Shown piece after piece: positions 23,481 through 35,762 of a stretch of 64,000 nucleotides of DNA; the stretch's first letter is position 1; each line of letters opens with the position of its first letter. The position numbers and the translations under genes were made by a program. Origin of the DNA: Amoebidium appalachense (Eukaryota; Protista; Ichthyosporea). The DNA lies in NCBI GenBank assembly GCA_963693365.1, contig CAVNZM010000002.1, positions 14,851,615 to 14,915,614 on the forward strand. The letters are read 5' to 3'. The notes under the pieces are model-generated. The model saw nothing but the letters and a program-made list of their open reading frames with translations, was not told where the DNA came from and ran no database searches.

Positions 23481-24235
23481 TTGAGTATGCATTATAATTA
23501 CATTTTGATGCAATATAAATCAAAAGCACAAATAAGCATATGCCCTAGTTTACTGATGACCCCACCGGAGGTACGGCTAGATCATAGTGTGAATATGAAT
23601 AGTTTCAAGTCTATGGCTGATAGATATCTTTTTACTCTACGTGTTGAGTCCCTTCCGGTGTTAGGACCGCAAAAACACCAACTACTAATAGCCTATATGG
23701 CGGATACGGTTAGAGAGTCTCGTTCATACATAGATTCGTTTATTCGTAATGTGGTGTGGTGTAAAAACGCAAAGATGATTATGGCTTGGCGGTGTAATCG
23801 GTTTCTGGTGTCTCCTACTCGTATGCATGTGTAATATGTGTGGGGGGCGGTTCACTCGCGGCTGCATATCTATCAATAAATGCAACCTGTTAGCTAATGT
23901 ATTAGAACCGGAGGTTATTGGCAGTTTTATTCTCTTTTCTTCCTCTCTTCCTCAATATATCCGTTGTAAGATGACTATCCTAGATCACCTTATTAATGCT
24001 GCACAGTATGATATTGTGATCCGGTGCCTTAACTTTCTTTCGGAGCTACCTATGCTAGCCTCTGCTTACCCATAATATGTAATAGGGGTGTCATATACTA
24101 CGATGGCGCTCATTGTTGCCTAGCATGTACATTATGTCACTGGCTGCATTTGATTGGCTGTGCTGGAAAACGCAGTAGGCCGTGGGCCTCCGAGAGGCTC
24201 CGACAGTGTCCACGCAATAAAAAGTGTGTAAACCC
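23481..24235 (+). mobile_element. 5'-truncated, frameshifted non-LTR retrotransposon fragment (subfamily A2), ending GTGTAAACCC
   Basis: ORFs 23481-23834 and 23827-24075 are collinear homologues of the C-terminus of ORF 57436-58629: PPEVRLDHS~PHDTRPDES, IMAWRCNR~AIQWRSNK, FTRGC~FNRSC, TILDHLINAAQYDIVIRCLNFL~NILDFILNTRNYDLFIRCIDWL. 5' boundary uncertain. Confidence 0.75.
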
Positions 24236-24997
24236 TTTACTGATGCGCGACGATTACGATTTTTGGTGGGCCTGCTCCGACGGAGCATTCCGATTTTCGA
24301 AGAGGTTTTCCGACACGGGATTTCGACTTCCGTTAATGGGCTCCACCGTCCTTCGAACCGTGGTCCTCTGGCTGTCTGGGAGTCTGGGACCTGGTTGTCA
24401 GATCTAGACCAATCAGATCATCGACTGTTTATTGGGCTTGCATTCCAGTGAGATATCCATCATGAGCCACGCAACCTACATAATGTAGGGTTTACATAGA
24501 TAGATTGGTCCGAGTGTTTACTTACGTCAGCACTTGCCTTGCAAAAATAATGCGTAAGGTTGTCATCATCCATGTTCGCTTTCACCGTACAGCGTTAGTT
24601 TCAAGCTTTCTTTCGGAATAAATGTACGAATAATTATTTTTTGATGTTTATACATAGAAAGAGCAACATTGTCTAAAGCATCTTTGCTTTTTTAGATGAG
24701 TCTTCAAAGTTTGCCTATCAGAAATATCTTACATCTGACCAATCGGATCTCGTATAAGTCAACGCTCGCTTTCACCACGCGTTCGGTCATGCATACCAAC
24801 GCCTCCATGCAAAAGCTATATAACCGCGGGAAGATCACTTCATGCATCCACTTGTTTGCTCGGAGAGCAGTTTCATGTCTTCTACTTCTTCGAGCGATCG
24901 CTAGATATATTAAATTTCTGCCCCTCCGCAGAGTTGATCCAATTAGCAGAGTAAGAGGGTGCACCTGGCGGCACTAACTAACAGAGGGTGCCGGAAA

Positions 24998-26755
24998 ATG
25001 GTCGTCTTTCAAAAACTCGTGCTTTTTCTATCGGCATGCATATGCTCCTTAGCATCAGTTGTTCCCACCCGGACCGTGACCACTTCAAACACTCCTAACC
25101 CCACCACCTCCACCACACCCACCATTAGTAAGGACCCGTGTGATCCTTCAAACCCTACACGAGACCCGTTCACATGTGCTAGCAAATGCACCATCAACGC
25201 TACAAGCACGTGCGACATTTCCACCCTGCCAAACTACAACACCACCATCGCTCAAGTGAAGATATACCCAGGGGGAGATACAGCATGTATTGATCCTAGA
25301 GACCCCTACTACTTTTACTACCAACGTGGTGACCCGGAAAACATACTCATATATTTTGGTGGTGGTGGTGCCTGCTGGTCGGATGATTACGACTCTCCAG
25401 CAACATGCGAGCCGTCTAAAGTTCGCTACGCTTCATATTACGCACAAGAAGACAACTATGGCATGGTTGACAAGCAGCTCGAAAACAACCCCTTCCGTAA
25501 CTGGACAATAGTTCAGGTTGTGTATTGCTCGGGTGATGTGCACACCGGAAACGTAAGACGCTCCTACACATTCAAAGCGGAAAACGGAACGAATGTTACC
25601 ACCGTTGCCAAGCAGAAGGGGATTGCGAACACAAATGCGACACTCGAGTGGGCGTTCAAAAACATTCCCACGCCGAAACGTCTAGTCGTTGCTGGGTGCT
25701 CCGCGGGGTCCTTGGGTACTGTTATTTGGGCGGATTATATTCTCACGCACTACAAATTCGCTACTAACGGAACGGTTCGTGCTGCGATTGTTACCGATGG
25801 ATACGCTGGTGTTTTCCCCACCTCCCAGCAGAAGCTGATGTCTAGGCAACCGGGAATGTATCGTTTTGCAGATGCCCCGTGGGCCTCCCTTCTTCCCAAC
25901 GACACTAGAACACGACTGAGTGAAAAGGGGATGTATTTCTGTGAGCTTGCAGGACTTGCCATATCCAAACATGACGACACGACGTTTGCTCTAATTCAAA
26001 CGACACATGACGACGTTCAGAGGGACTTCTTTATGCTGGTGCGAAGTGACCCTACTTTGGGACTAAATCTTACTGATGTCGACACACCTCTTCCCACGGA
26101 TCCAGGGTGCGCGCACGTGAGCGTTCCCAACAGCACGATTTTCGACAACGGGACTCTGTCGATTGGTTCCCAGACAATGTACCAATACGTCGTCGAAATG
26201 TACGACTATTTTGCTCGTGTGGGAAACGACAGTAATGTCGCTGCCTATCTCAGCCAATCGCATGAGCACTGTGTCACGTGCACGCAGCTCTATGGACGGC
26301 TCAATGCGACGGTATCCAATGGAACGGGTGCAACGAACGAAACACGTGTTGTGAACCTCACCGATTGGCTGTCGCTGCTTCCCCTAGCAACCAATCCCAA
26401 CAGCACGTTAAAAACGGTTTGTGATACAGTGAAACCGGAATCCGATTACCCTGATGCATGTGATAGCACGCTTACGAATGCTACGGCTATAGGGGGGTTG
26501 TCTGTGTGTGTCAACATAAGTGCAGACACGAGCAAAAGTTTTTGTGTTGAAACCGGATGCTGGAATTTGACGTTCTCTAACGTGTGTGGGTGGAATAGAG
26601 GTTATGCAAACGAAACGGGAAGCTTGAAGAATGTGACGAACGAGAGTAGTCTCATGGCAACGCATACATCCCATGGGGTTATGTATGCGCCTAGTTCAGG
26701 ACTGTCTATGTTTTTCTGGGTGTGCATTGTTGCTATGGCCCAAACTCTAATTTAA
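24998..26755 (+). CDS. Intronless pectinacetylesterase/Notum-family alpha/beta hydrolase with signal peptide, Thr/Pro stalk and GPI-signal-like C-terminus
   Basis: Family motifs IYFGGGGACW, VVYCSGDVHTG, nucleophile elbow GCSAG and HEHC. N-terminus MVVFQKLVLFLSACICSLAS, many N-x-S/T sequons, hydrophobic tail MFFWVCIVAMAQTLI. Confidence 0.9.
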   Translation: MVVFQKLVLFLSACICSLASVVPTRTVTTSNTPNPTTSTTPTISKDPCDPSNPTRDPFTCASKCTINATSTCDISTLPNYNTTIAQVKIYPGGDTACIDPRDPYYFYYQRGDPENILIYFGGGGACWSDDYDSPATCEPSKVRYASYYAQEDNYGMVDKQLENNPFRNWTIVQVVYCSGDVHTGNVRRSYTFKAENGTNVTTVAKQKGIANTNATLEWAFKNIPTPKRLVVAGCSAGSLGTVIWADYILTHYKFATNGTVRAAIVTDGYAGVFPTSQQKLMSRQPGMYRFADAPWASLLPNDTRTRLSEKGMYFCELAGLAISKHDDTTFALIQTTHDDVQRDFFMLVRSDPTLGLNLTDVDTPLPTDPGCAHVSVPNSTIFDNGTLSIGSQTMYQYVVEMYDYFARVGNDSNVAAYLSQSHEHCVTCTQLYGRLNATVSNGTGATNETRVVNLTDWLSLLPLATNPNSTLKTVCDTVKPESDYPDACDSTLTNATAIGGLSVCVNISADTSKSFCVETGCWNLTFSNVCGWNRGYANETGSLKNVTNESSLMATHTSHGVMYAPSSGLSMFFWVCIVAMAQTLI

Positions 26756-27591
26756 TGTTAAATATGTATTGAAGTGAAACCCACACTTCTCAGTGATACA
26801 TTGTGTTCGTGATGCCTCAAAAGGAGCTCGTTTGTTGTATTTCTTGGCAATTTTTTGAGGCAGTAGTTCAGGTGAGATATATTTTGACATGTTGAAGCGA
26901 ATGCTGTAGAAGTTTATGAATGTGCACTGTAAGTAAATTTCTTCCCCGAATAAATTACACTATCTCTTCCCCCCCCCCCCCCCCCCATCCCCTGTGTACA
27001 GGCAAGAAATAAATGTCGCAATTTTAGGATAATTAATATGTAACATACTTTCTTCGTGCAAATTCACACACTTTTGGATTGGTAGAAACTAACCAGGGAA
27101 ATCTCTCTTTCTTGATCACCATCATCTTGAATTTGAGCATTTGTGTGCATGCCCTTGGGGTAGGACCTTTACAGAAAATTCAAAGTACATCACGCACTGG
27201 AGGTATAATGGTTCCGAAGCTGCATATAGACCGTTTGAAATAAATGATGGTATGTGAAGATTATGACAACAGAAAACAAATAAACATCATTTGAAGTTTA
27301 AACCCTGCTTGGAACAAAGGAGGGAGTGCCAAACAGTACATACTACTCACTGGAACTGTGCTACGCCCAGCAACCACCCGGGGGGGGGGGGAGGGGGGGC
27401 AAAGAAAATATCGGTGTCCTTTTGGGTGATTTTGACCCCACCCTCCCCCCTCCCCCCTCCCCCCCCCCCTCCCCCCTTTCAAGTTTGGCCCCCGTCCCCT
27501 CCAGTAGACAATATCGGTAGCCCCTTGGGTGATTTTGACTCTCCCCCCCCCCCCCCCCTCCCCCTTCGGCCCCTCCCCTCTCCTCCCCCCC

Positions 27592-27626
<35 letters not shown>

Positions 27627-30613
27627 ATAAAAAAAAAATACACATCCCCCCTCCAGACCCACCTGCTCCCAGTGGGGACGGTTGTGGGTCCCCGCTGACC
27701 CCTCCCCACGCTAGAGATAGGGCCCCTCGCATCCCCTCCGAGCTGGGAGGCTTGAACCACCTCTACCATATCTCCGCCCATTTTCCCCAACCCACCAACA
27801 GTTACTTCTTACCTTTATACATATTTGCGCTTCCCATTTCAAGCCCTAAGCCCCCAGACCGCAACAGCGGCTTTAAACCCTCCGCACTGAGCTCCCCCCC
27901 CCCCCCCCCTCACCCCACACCTCCCCTTCCCTTCCCCCCTCCCCCCTTCCCCCCACACCCCAACCCCGCACCCCCACCCCACCCTACCACCTCTCCGGAC
28001 TTGGCCCGCGCGTGCCATCGTGGACCCAGTATCATTAAAGGTGTACAAAGCCTGCGACGAAAGCTAGATGGCAGGTATATTCATATATGTTATTCACATA
28101 TACAATTCACCGTGTATTCATATATATTCATATACTTTAACCATTTGTGGTCACCCCGAAGAGCAACTGGCGGCTAATGCCCAGCAGCGGCTTCTCGACT
28201 ACCTCCACCACAAACACACTTTCACTAAACATCAACTGGGTTGACGATTCTGCCGGTAGCCAATCAGGTGAGCAACTTAACTTTAAAACTTACGGGTTAC
28301 TTAATATGGTTTGCAAATGTCTGGTTTAACTCCTATCCATACTCTGCTCGTTGCAATATTCTATTTTGCATTAGGATTTTTTTGCAGGCTTTTTAACCGT
28401 TTTTCGCTAGGATATCTACACGTGTTTGAAAAATTCGCTAACTTAGCATGATCATGGCAAGAATCAAATTAAAAATGTGTTTTCGTTGTGTGGTGCGCAA
28501 GGCCTCCTAGTAGGAGGCTACTAGGAGGCCTTGGTAGTGTGTCTACTCCCAGGGCGGACATTTTGCCTCGGAGCAGGGTGGACCAGGTATATACTGGTGT
28601 GGTTTTGCCTCAAATGAGAAATAAATTTGTTTGCGGAATTTCAATGTCATGTTGTCTGATTGAACCATCCTTCCCTCACCCCTTCTCTCCTTCAGTCCAC
28701 ACACACACACAAAAACACACACACACACATGTGCACACACACACCGTACGCGCACGCACACACGCACGCACACATGCACACACACATGCACACACACACA
28801 CAGCCACCGGCACCACCAAGACCACCACCCGGGCCATCTTAGGAAAAATCACAGTAGAATTGCAGTCTTTTTTCTTTTCTAAAACATGGCACCCGCGTAA
28901 CACCACACTCCCCCCCATCCACCCCAAAATGCAAAAACACCACCATACAACCACCACCCGTACAAAGAAAAGCACGGCAACCCCCAAACCCAAAACCCAC
29001 ACAAAAACACCCCCCACCCACACCCGGCCAGCATGCCCTGACTGCCGGAACACACAGAGACCCAGTGTGCCATGCAAAACCCACCTTTTAGTTCACGAAA
29101 ACATTGTCACAACGTACGTACAGCAACACATAATGTTAGGTAGCACCCCCCCCCCACCACCACCACCACACCCCATCGTCCACCCATACCCACCGTAAAT
29201 ACTATACACAACACTTAGAACTTTCCAATACTGTAGATCGACCCAAGAGAGCCCTCGGTTAATGTTTATTACTAGGTTTTGAGTGGAGGGGAGGACTGGT
29301 GCCTCCTGCCGGCGTGGCTGGGGTAGTAACCCCGGGCAAAGTGTGTACTTATAGTTAGGTTGTGAAGGATGGTTTAGCTCAGCTGAACTGAGTCTCATAG
29401 ATAGCACCTTAACTAGTGTGCTGTCGGTGCTGTGTGGTAGACGGTAGTTTCCCTAGAGGGCCTGCCAATGCTATCCGGGAACAAAACGTGATTAAAAAAA
29501 ATTAAAAAAAATTTGCACACACACACACGCACATACACAGAAACACACACGTGTGTACGCGCGCCCACACACACGCGCGCGCGCGTACACATGTACATAT
29601 GATAGATTGCCCCCTCCCCTCTCCCCCCCCCCTCCCCCCCCCCCCCCCCTCTCTCTCTCTCCCTCCCTCCCTCCCTCCCTCCCCCCTTTCCCCCTTTCCA
29701 ACCCCTTCAGCCCTCTCTCCCCTTGCCGGCGGGGGTATTGGGGACATTGGCAGGCTTCAAATCTGATGGGTCCCAGTGTGTATTTTCACAATTGGATTTG
29801 AACAAAGCCCAATGATCCACTGGGACGCCCCCCCGGGGGATGGGGGGGGGGGGGGGGGGGGGGGGGGGAGGGGGGGGGGAGGGTGTGTGTGTGTGTGGTG
29901 GTGGGTGGGGGAGGGGGGGGGGAGGGGGGGGCTTTTTTGGGGGGGGGGGGGGGGGGGACTTTTTTTGTTGGTGGGGGGGGGGGGGGGGGGTGGATGATCT
30001 ATGGAAAAAACTGTGATACTTGATCAAGGGGTTAAAGGGGAGGAGGGAGCAGGAGCGGTGGGGGAGGGGGGAGGGAGTGGGGGCTCTGTGAAGGGGAAAG
30101 GGGCAGTCTAAGAGACCTGGGGGAGAGGGGGGAGGGGAGGGGGGGGGGGGCATACGTAAGCCTTGCGGGCAGAGGGTGGGGGTTGGGGGGGGGAGGGGGG
30201 GGGGAGGTAGGGGGGGGGGGAGAGGGTGAGGGAGGGGGAGGGGGGGGGGGGGGGTGATAAGCTTGGCAGGGAGGTCCGGAGGGGAAGCGGGGAGGGGGGG
30301 GGGGGGGGGGAGGGGGGGGGGGGGGAGCAGGGGGGAGTTTAAGGGAACAAAACAAGGTGTAGCATGTGTTGGCCAATGTTTTTGTATACTTATCACGGGC
30401 TCGGACCTTGCACCCCCTTCCCCTCATGCAGCCAAAAAAGGAGCTGTATGCATGTGTTCTGCATGTGTGTGTGCGCGTACAGTGAGTGCGCCTGTTTGGG
30501 TAAGCTGGGTGCCTGTGTTTACGTACACTCAGTGTGTGTGTGTGTGTGTGTGCACGTTTTTTTGTGTGTACTTGTGTGTGTGTTGTGTGTGTGTGTGTGT
30601 GTGTGTGTGTATT

Positions 30614-30646
<33 letters not shown>

Positions 30647-31049
30647 TTTGTGTACATAGGCGCGCGTGTGTGTGCACGCACGCGTGTGCTGTGCATGTGC
30701 GGGTGTCATGGGTGTATGGTTGCTTGGATGGTGTGGATGTTTGGTGTAAACCAGGGAAACACAAGGGGAATAGAAACAGCCGGCGTTCATGCACGAAAAC
30801 AGCAATATCCAACCCGATGAAACTCAGTTTTTGATTCAAATTTTCCTCCAACAGCATGTAGCGTCCTAGAGGCCCAACTAAGCTACTGGTTGTTAAAACA
30901 AGATTCATTGGACCTGGTATGGTTAGCAACCCATCCATTAAGGAGCGTAAAAAATCCTCTTATTTTGATTGGGGAACATCTACTTCGGCATGCTCCGTGA
31001 TAGTGGATGCTTTACTCAAAAAGATCACAGTAGTCGCAGTAAATTACAG

Positions 31050-31520
31050 ATCGCACCAATATGCCAAATATAGAAACTTGGGTGGGAAATTCTGGCACGC
31101 GCAAAAAAAAATAAAAAATCAAACAACTGAAAAAGTAGGAATATGTGTTGCAGCAATATCGTGCTAGTATACTGTACTGTACTACGGCCAATGGGTTAAT
31201 AATCTGATGTTACTGAGTAATGGAGAATAAAGATAACTTAGCTCACCGAGTCGCAAACTTAGCAGCAAATGAACGAAGTAAAAACAACGGGCTTGCAATG
31301 CAACTAAGCTACCGATACTGTATAAAACTTGTAGTCTGACTTGCCTACTAAAATATAATAAAACAACTAAAAGGGTAGGATTATCACAATTTCAAAAAAA
31401 GAAATGTATGGACCAATAATTCCCGCAATAGCACCGATCAGCCAGATATTAAAACTTGGGCGGAAAGTTATGGCACGCATGAAAAAAAAAGGTTTTTTCA
31501 AACAACTAAAAAAGTAGGAC
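31050..31520. repeat. Pair of degenerate ~90-bp direct repeats in an AT-rich spacer (possible transposon subterminal region)
   Basis: GCACC..A..GCCA.ATAT..AAACTTGGG.GG.AA.TT.TGGCACGC....AAAAAAA...CAAACAACT.AAAAAGTAGGA occurs at ~31052-31140 and ~31431-31519. Confidence 0.55.
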
Positions 31521-31686
31521 TGCTAAAAAAAGTTTTTTCAAACAACTAGAAAAGCAGCCTAATTGAGTTAAAAATGGAATTATTTCTTTAATAAGCGAAT
31601 CTATAAGAACTGATATCCTTTACTAACCCAACTAAGTCTTGGCAACCGTCCAGAGGTTCGGCCTCTCAGTAGTACTAATAATGACT

Positions 31687-32982
31687 TTAGTATCTGCGCC
31701 TAGACGCACGCTTTCGACCTCGGCGGTACTCACCAAATCCTCCCTTGTAATCATCATAAGACTTAGTGTGATAACGAGACTTTTTGTTTGGTTCCTGATT
31801 TTGCGGTGTAAGGGCCTCAGAATCCAGCGGCGTGCCGCCAGCAACGGCCGTACCAGCCCCGGTATTTGACCCGGGCTTCATGTTGGAGCCGGTTCCCGTG
31901 CGGACGATATCGTCTGTATTCGTGTCCACAGAGCCTCCAGAGGCGGTGTTGTGTGATCCTATGTCGCCTTGCTCCATTATGGGGGTCTGGTCTTCCTCGA
32001 TGACAGACTCGGGCACCCCCGGCCTCTTGATAGGTTTGATTGGCTCGTGGCGGTTGCCTTGCTCGCCCCAATCAGGGAGATTATCGCCACTGGATTCTCC
32101 GACCTCGCCTATCTCCCCGCCTCCGCCTACATTACCTTCCTCTTGAATCGGGACGTCTGCCTCTTCCCATTCGCCACCCTCTGCCACCTCAGTCCCTTGT
32201 TCAGCCATTGCTTCCTCAAATCCCGGAAATGCCTCGGCCATTGCTTCCCCACTTCCTTCGTAGGCAGCCGCGCTAAAGGCCCCATCCACAGCAACTTCGG
32301 CACCGACAATATCTACAACAGCCTCCCCAACCTCGGCAAGGGCGGCACCAAGCGCACTGATAAGAAATTGCTTTCCTTCGTAGTCGTCATCGCGGCGTCT
32401 GCTTTCAGAGAAGGTGGACCTGCCGAGGCGCCGGCGCTGTTGTACACCGCGTGCCTTGTTATAGAACGTCACTGAACTATCTAGGTCATTGTGAGGGCCT
32501 CCTCCATAACCACGGCCCCACGGCATTGTGCCCCATCCACCGGTCGCATAGTGATTGTTGTTGTCGCCGGCGTCGTCGTCGTCGTTGTCGTCGTCATCCG
32601 AGCTCTTCCTAGCATAAGATGAAGAAGAAAATGAACCTTTCCCTCTAACTCTCCCACGAGCGCCGAATCCGCTGCGGTGCGTCGCAGATTTGGGTTTGGG
32701 CTTAGCGCATGCGGATTGTACACACTCTTTCAGCACACGACGGTGGAGGCTTGTCACCTTGAAGTTTTTGTTGCGCAGCTGAGGGCCAACAGTGGAGAAG
32801 CCACACACGCCGGCGCACATTTTCATGTTGGAGGTGCATTGGCTCTGACAGTCACCCCAAGACGTGCTGCGCTGCAACACGGCACAAAGACTCTGGCATG
32901 TGTACGTAGCTGCGTCCACCATGATGCTGGCGCAGGCGACGACGCCGGCCAAACCTTGGGCCGTCCAGCGTAACAGACGCAT
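31687..32982 (-). CDS. Intronless hypothetical protein (431 aa), probably secreted, with Cys-rich N-terminal part, basic RRRL motifs and an acidic/Gly-rich region; 5' end may extend to ~33274 through frameshifts
   Basis: Long GC-rich ORF free of microsatellites. CxxxC-spaced cysteines (CQSLC, CQSQC, CAGVC, CVQSAC) and QQRRRLGRS. No recognised family. Confidence 0.6.
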   Translation of the reverse strand: MRLLRWTAQGLAGVVACASIMVDAATYTCQSLCAVLQRSTSWGDCQSQCTSNMKMCAGVCGFSTVGPQLRNKNFKVTSLHRRVLKECVQSACAKPKPKSATHRSGFGARGRVRGKGSFSSSSYARKSSDDDDNDDDDAGDNNNHYATGGWGTMPWGRGYGGGPHNDLDSSVTFYNKARGVQQRRRLGRSTFSESRRRDDDYEGKQFLISALGAALAEVGEAVVDIVGAEVAVDGAFSAAAYEGSGEAMAEAFPGFEEAMAEQGTEVAEGGEWEEADVPIQEEGNVGGGGEIGEVGESSGDNLPDWGEQGNRHEPIKPIKRPGVPESVIEEDQTPIMEQGDIGSHNTASGGSVDTNTDDIVRTGTGSNMKPGSNTGAGTAVAGGTPLDSEALTPQNQEPNKKSRYHTKSYDDYKGGFGEYRRGRKRASRRRY

Positions 32983-35415
32983 CGTAATGGTTTTAAACTC
33001 CCAGACTTGGTGAAAGTAGTCCCGTTAACGAAGGCACCAGCGTCTGAGGCGCTTATTCGTTGTCGGCGGGCTGAGACGTTATTTAGTTGAACACCTCGCG
33101 ATCCGCCGTCGGCGGGAGTGATTATCACTTGCAATTGGCGTGTTGTCTCAGTTATACTAGCCTGTACAGCCGCGCCCTCCGGGCCCGCCTTACACATCGT
33201 GCCTTATACATCACACCGTTGCATGGAGAAACTTTGAGAAGCTTAAGAAGAAGACCTAGCCAACACCACACCATTGCAGCGATAAAAGAAGCCTCAGAGC
33301 AAGAAAAGAAGAAAAGAAAAAAAAAAGGGGGGGGGGGGGGGGGGGGGGGGGGGGAAATGGGTAAAAGACTGGGAATGAAAACAAAAAAACGTAGTGCACA
33401 GGGCATTGCAAATATGTACCGTAGCAGCGACGCCATATATGCATCAGGACATAGCGCACGACCTGGCCTTATCCACGGGAAGCGGTATACCTATGGACTT
33501 TTCCAGGGGGGTGCGTTACTAACCATCTGTTGCGGAAATATTCAGTAATCCATATTTGAGATAACCTGGGATAAAAAACTATTAAATACAAGGTATTTTT
33601 GGGACTCTTTTAAGATAACTTACTGTCATGAATGGCAAAAGTGCTGCAGGATAGTTTTACATAATTGCGGGTGGAATTGGCTTTGAAGTTGTAAACATAT
33701 CTAAAGAATGCTTGCCGCCTGGCACTTGATGTTAAAGAGGGTTGTGCCAGTTTCGCGTCATGTAACAGTTTCAGAATGTAAATTCACCCGCATTTTGTAT
33801 GCGATATAATTATTATAATTTTTCTCCAAAAAACTATTTTATTGTTAATATTAGTTGTCAAAGAATTTCTACAGAATATTTACTTGATACATATCATTTT
33901 TTTATATTTGCGTGAACATGCACTTGATGATCGAGTTCTCGTTATTTTAAAAAGACCGGACACCAAATCTTGATAGCGGATCCGTTATTTCAAATATCAT
34001 GCCGTCGTTGATGTTATGGAGGATTAGGCCGCTTGCCCTTAATGTATCAAAATCCAAAAATAACGCGCAACAGTGTTATCCAAACAAACCAAATAGAAGA
34101 ATTTTGTTTTTTTTTTACTTATGCCGATCACAAAAGTCCGTGAAACTGCCTATAGCTCCGTAAATGCACGGACATCAAATTGAGCTCTCTTTATTTTCAA
34201 CATCCACTTGAAGATAACGGAAAAGTAATCTTGAAGACTAGCATATTTAGAAAATCCTGATATTACTTCTATTGACTATCTGTTAAACCACCGTATGTTT
34301 AACGAGTTTTCTAGGGTGTATGATTATTTGAGTCGTTATCTCCTCCGTATCCGTGAGTAGGGGTTTTTGTATTTTCTTCTCTGAGATATCTGTGATGTCT
34401 CCGGCTTGCTTCTCTTTCCGTCACGGTTATAACCGTTACGGCCCAATTGCGAGCAGCTAGAGTAGACTCTGAGCAGAGCCTCACTGACTTTAACAAGCTA
34501 AGCAGCCAGTAAAGGCCTAAAGGCCTAAAAAACAATATAGTTGCAATAAGCCGAAGCATAATTTCATGACATAAAAAGTTTTTTGAGGGGTCGACGAGTC
34601 GTAACATTGCTAGCGGATCTGGCAGAACTTGTGTGCCGGTCACGGTAATGTGACGGTATGTAAGCCCTCGCATTCCTGTGATAAAATCGCTCATGCACGC
34701 GCGTGCAACACCTATACATATGCACTGAAAATGACAACCTCTTTCTATTCGAACTACCCACCTCCAAAAGAAACAAACATACTTTCGATCTTCAGCGGCA
34801 GTAACTCTCGCAAGAAAACAAAAACCTCTTGTCGTGTATCATGCGATGTGAGCCTGATCATGATTGCACGGTAGGGTTTCCGGTGACCGTGTCTTATACA
34901 GTCTTATACACGGATTTATCCGCGGAGACATACCAAGACATACCATCGGGACTCAACGGATAAAAATTGGCACCTCGAACTCGCCGAGTCGGCGACACTT
35001 GGATCGTAGGCCCGGTATACGTAGTACATGGACACAATCAGATGATTCAGTATGGGGCCTTGGTTTTCCCCTCTGCTCTCTGGAGTCGTTCGAACCATTC
35101 TTTTTAATGTCCCAGCATACATCATCTGAGGCAGTCTGTGAGCGTGCCCGTGTCACCACTGTGTGTGTGCGTCTCTCTCTCTCTCTCCGTGTGTGTGTGA
35201 GTACATGTGTGTGTGCATGCATGCGTGCACATGTGTGATCATGTGTGTGTATGCATGGGTGTATGCGTGCAGCACGAGTCACTGGTTCTTTGTTTCTCCT
35301 GGCTATTTGTTTAGAGTGTCTGTTTCTCTCTCTCCCTCTCTCTCTCCCCCTTTCTCTCTTTCTAGATCTCTCTCTCTTTCTCTCCCCCTCCCTCCCTCCA
35401 TCCCTCTCCCTCTCC

Positions 35416-35494
<79 letters not shown>

Positions 35495-35500
35495 GCTCTC

Positions 35501-35539
<39 letters not shown>

Positions 35540-35762
35540 CCGTGTGTGTGTGCGTGTCTGCATATGACATTGTGTGAATGTTAAATTTGTGTGTGTGTGT
35601 GTACTTGAAGCACAATGTGCGTGCACGCCTGCACACCTGTGTTAGCCTATGTATTACAGTGCATGTATACGTGTATGTAGTGTGTGTGTGCGTGCGCACA
35701 TATGTTACCGTGTGCGTGTGTATGTTCCTCTGTCGTCCACTTGCTGATTCCAACGTGGTGTA

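Larger units (their letters stand above)
22249..24362. mobile_element. Non-autonomous hAT-type DNA transposon (~2.1 kb) carrying nested retroelement insertions
   Basis: TIRs CAGGGTTCGAAG (22249) and CTTCGAACCGTG (24351-24362) match at 11/12. 8-bp TSD GTCCTCTC (22241-22248) vs GTCCTCTG (24363-24370). Repeated TTCCG/TCGGAA subterminal motifs at both ends. Confidence 0.72.

Noticed and set aside
27400-27545. Repeated ATATCGGT...TTGGGTGATTTTGAC motif as a MITE
   Set aside because: Two short direct copies only; no TIR or TSD could be defined.
31170-31198. piggyBac-like right end (...GGCCAATGGG|TTAA)
   Set aside because: No matching left TIR found in the window.
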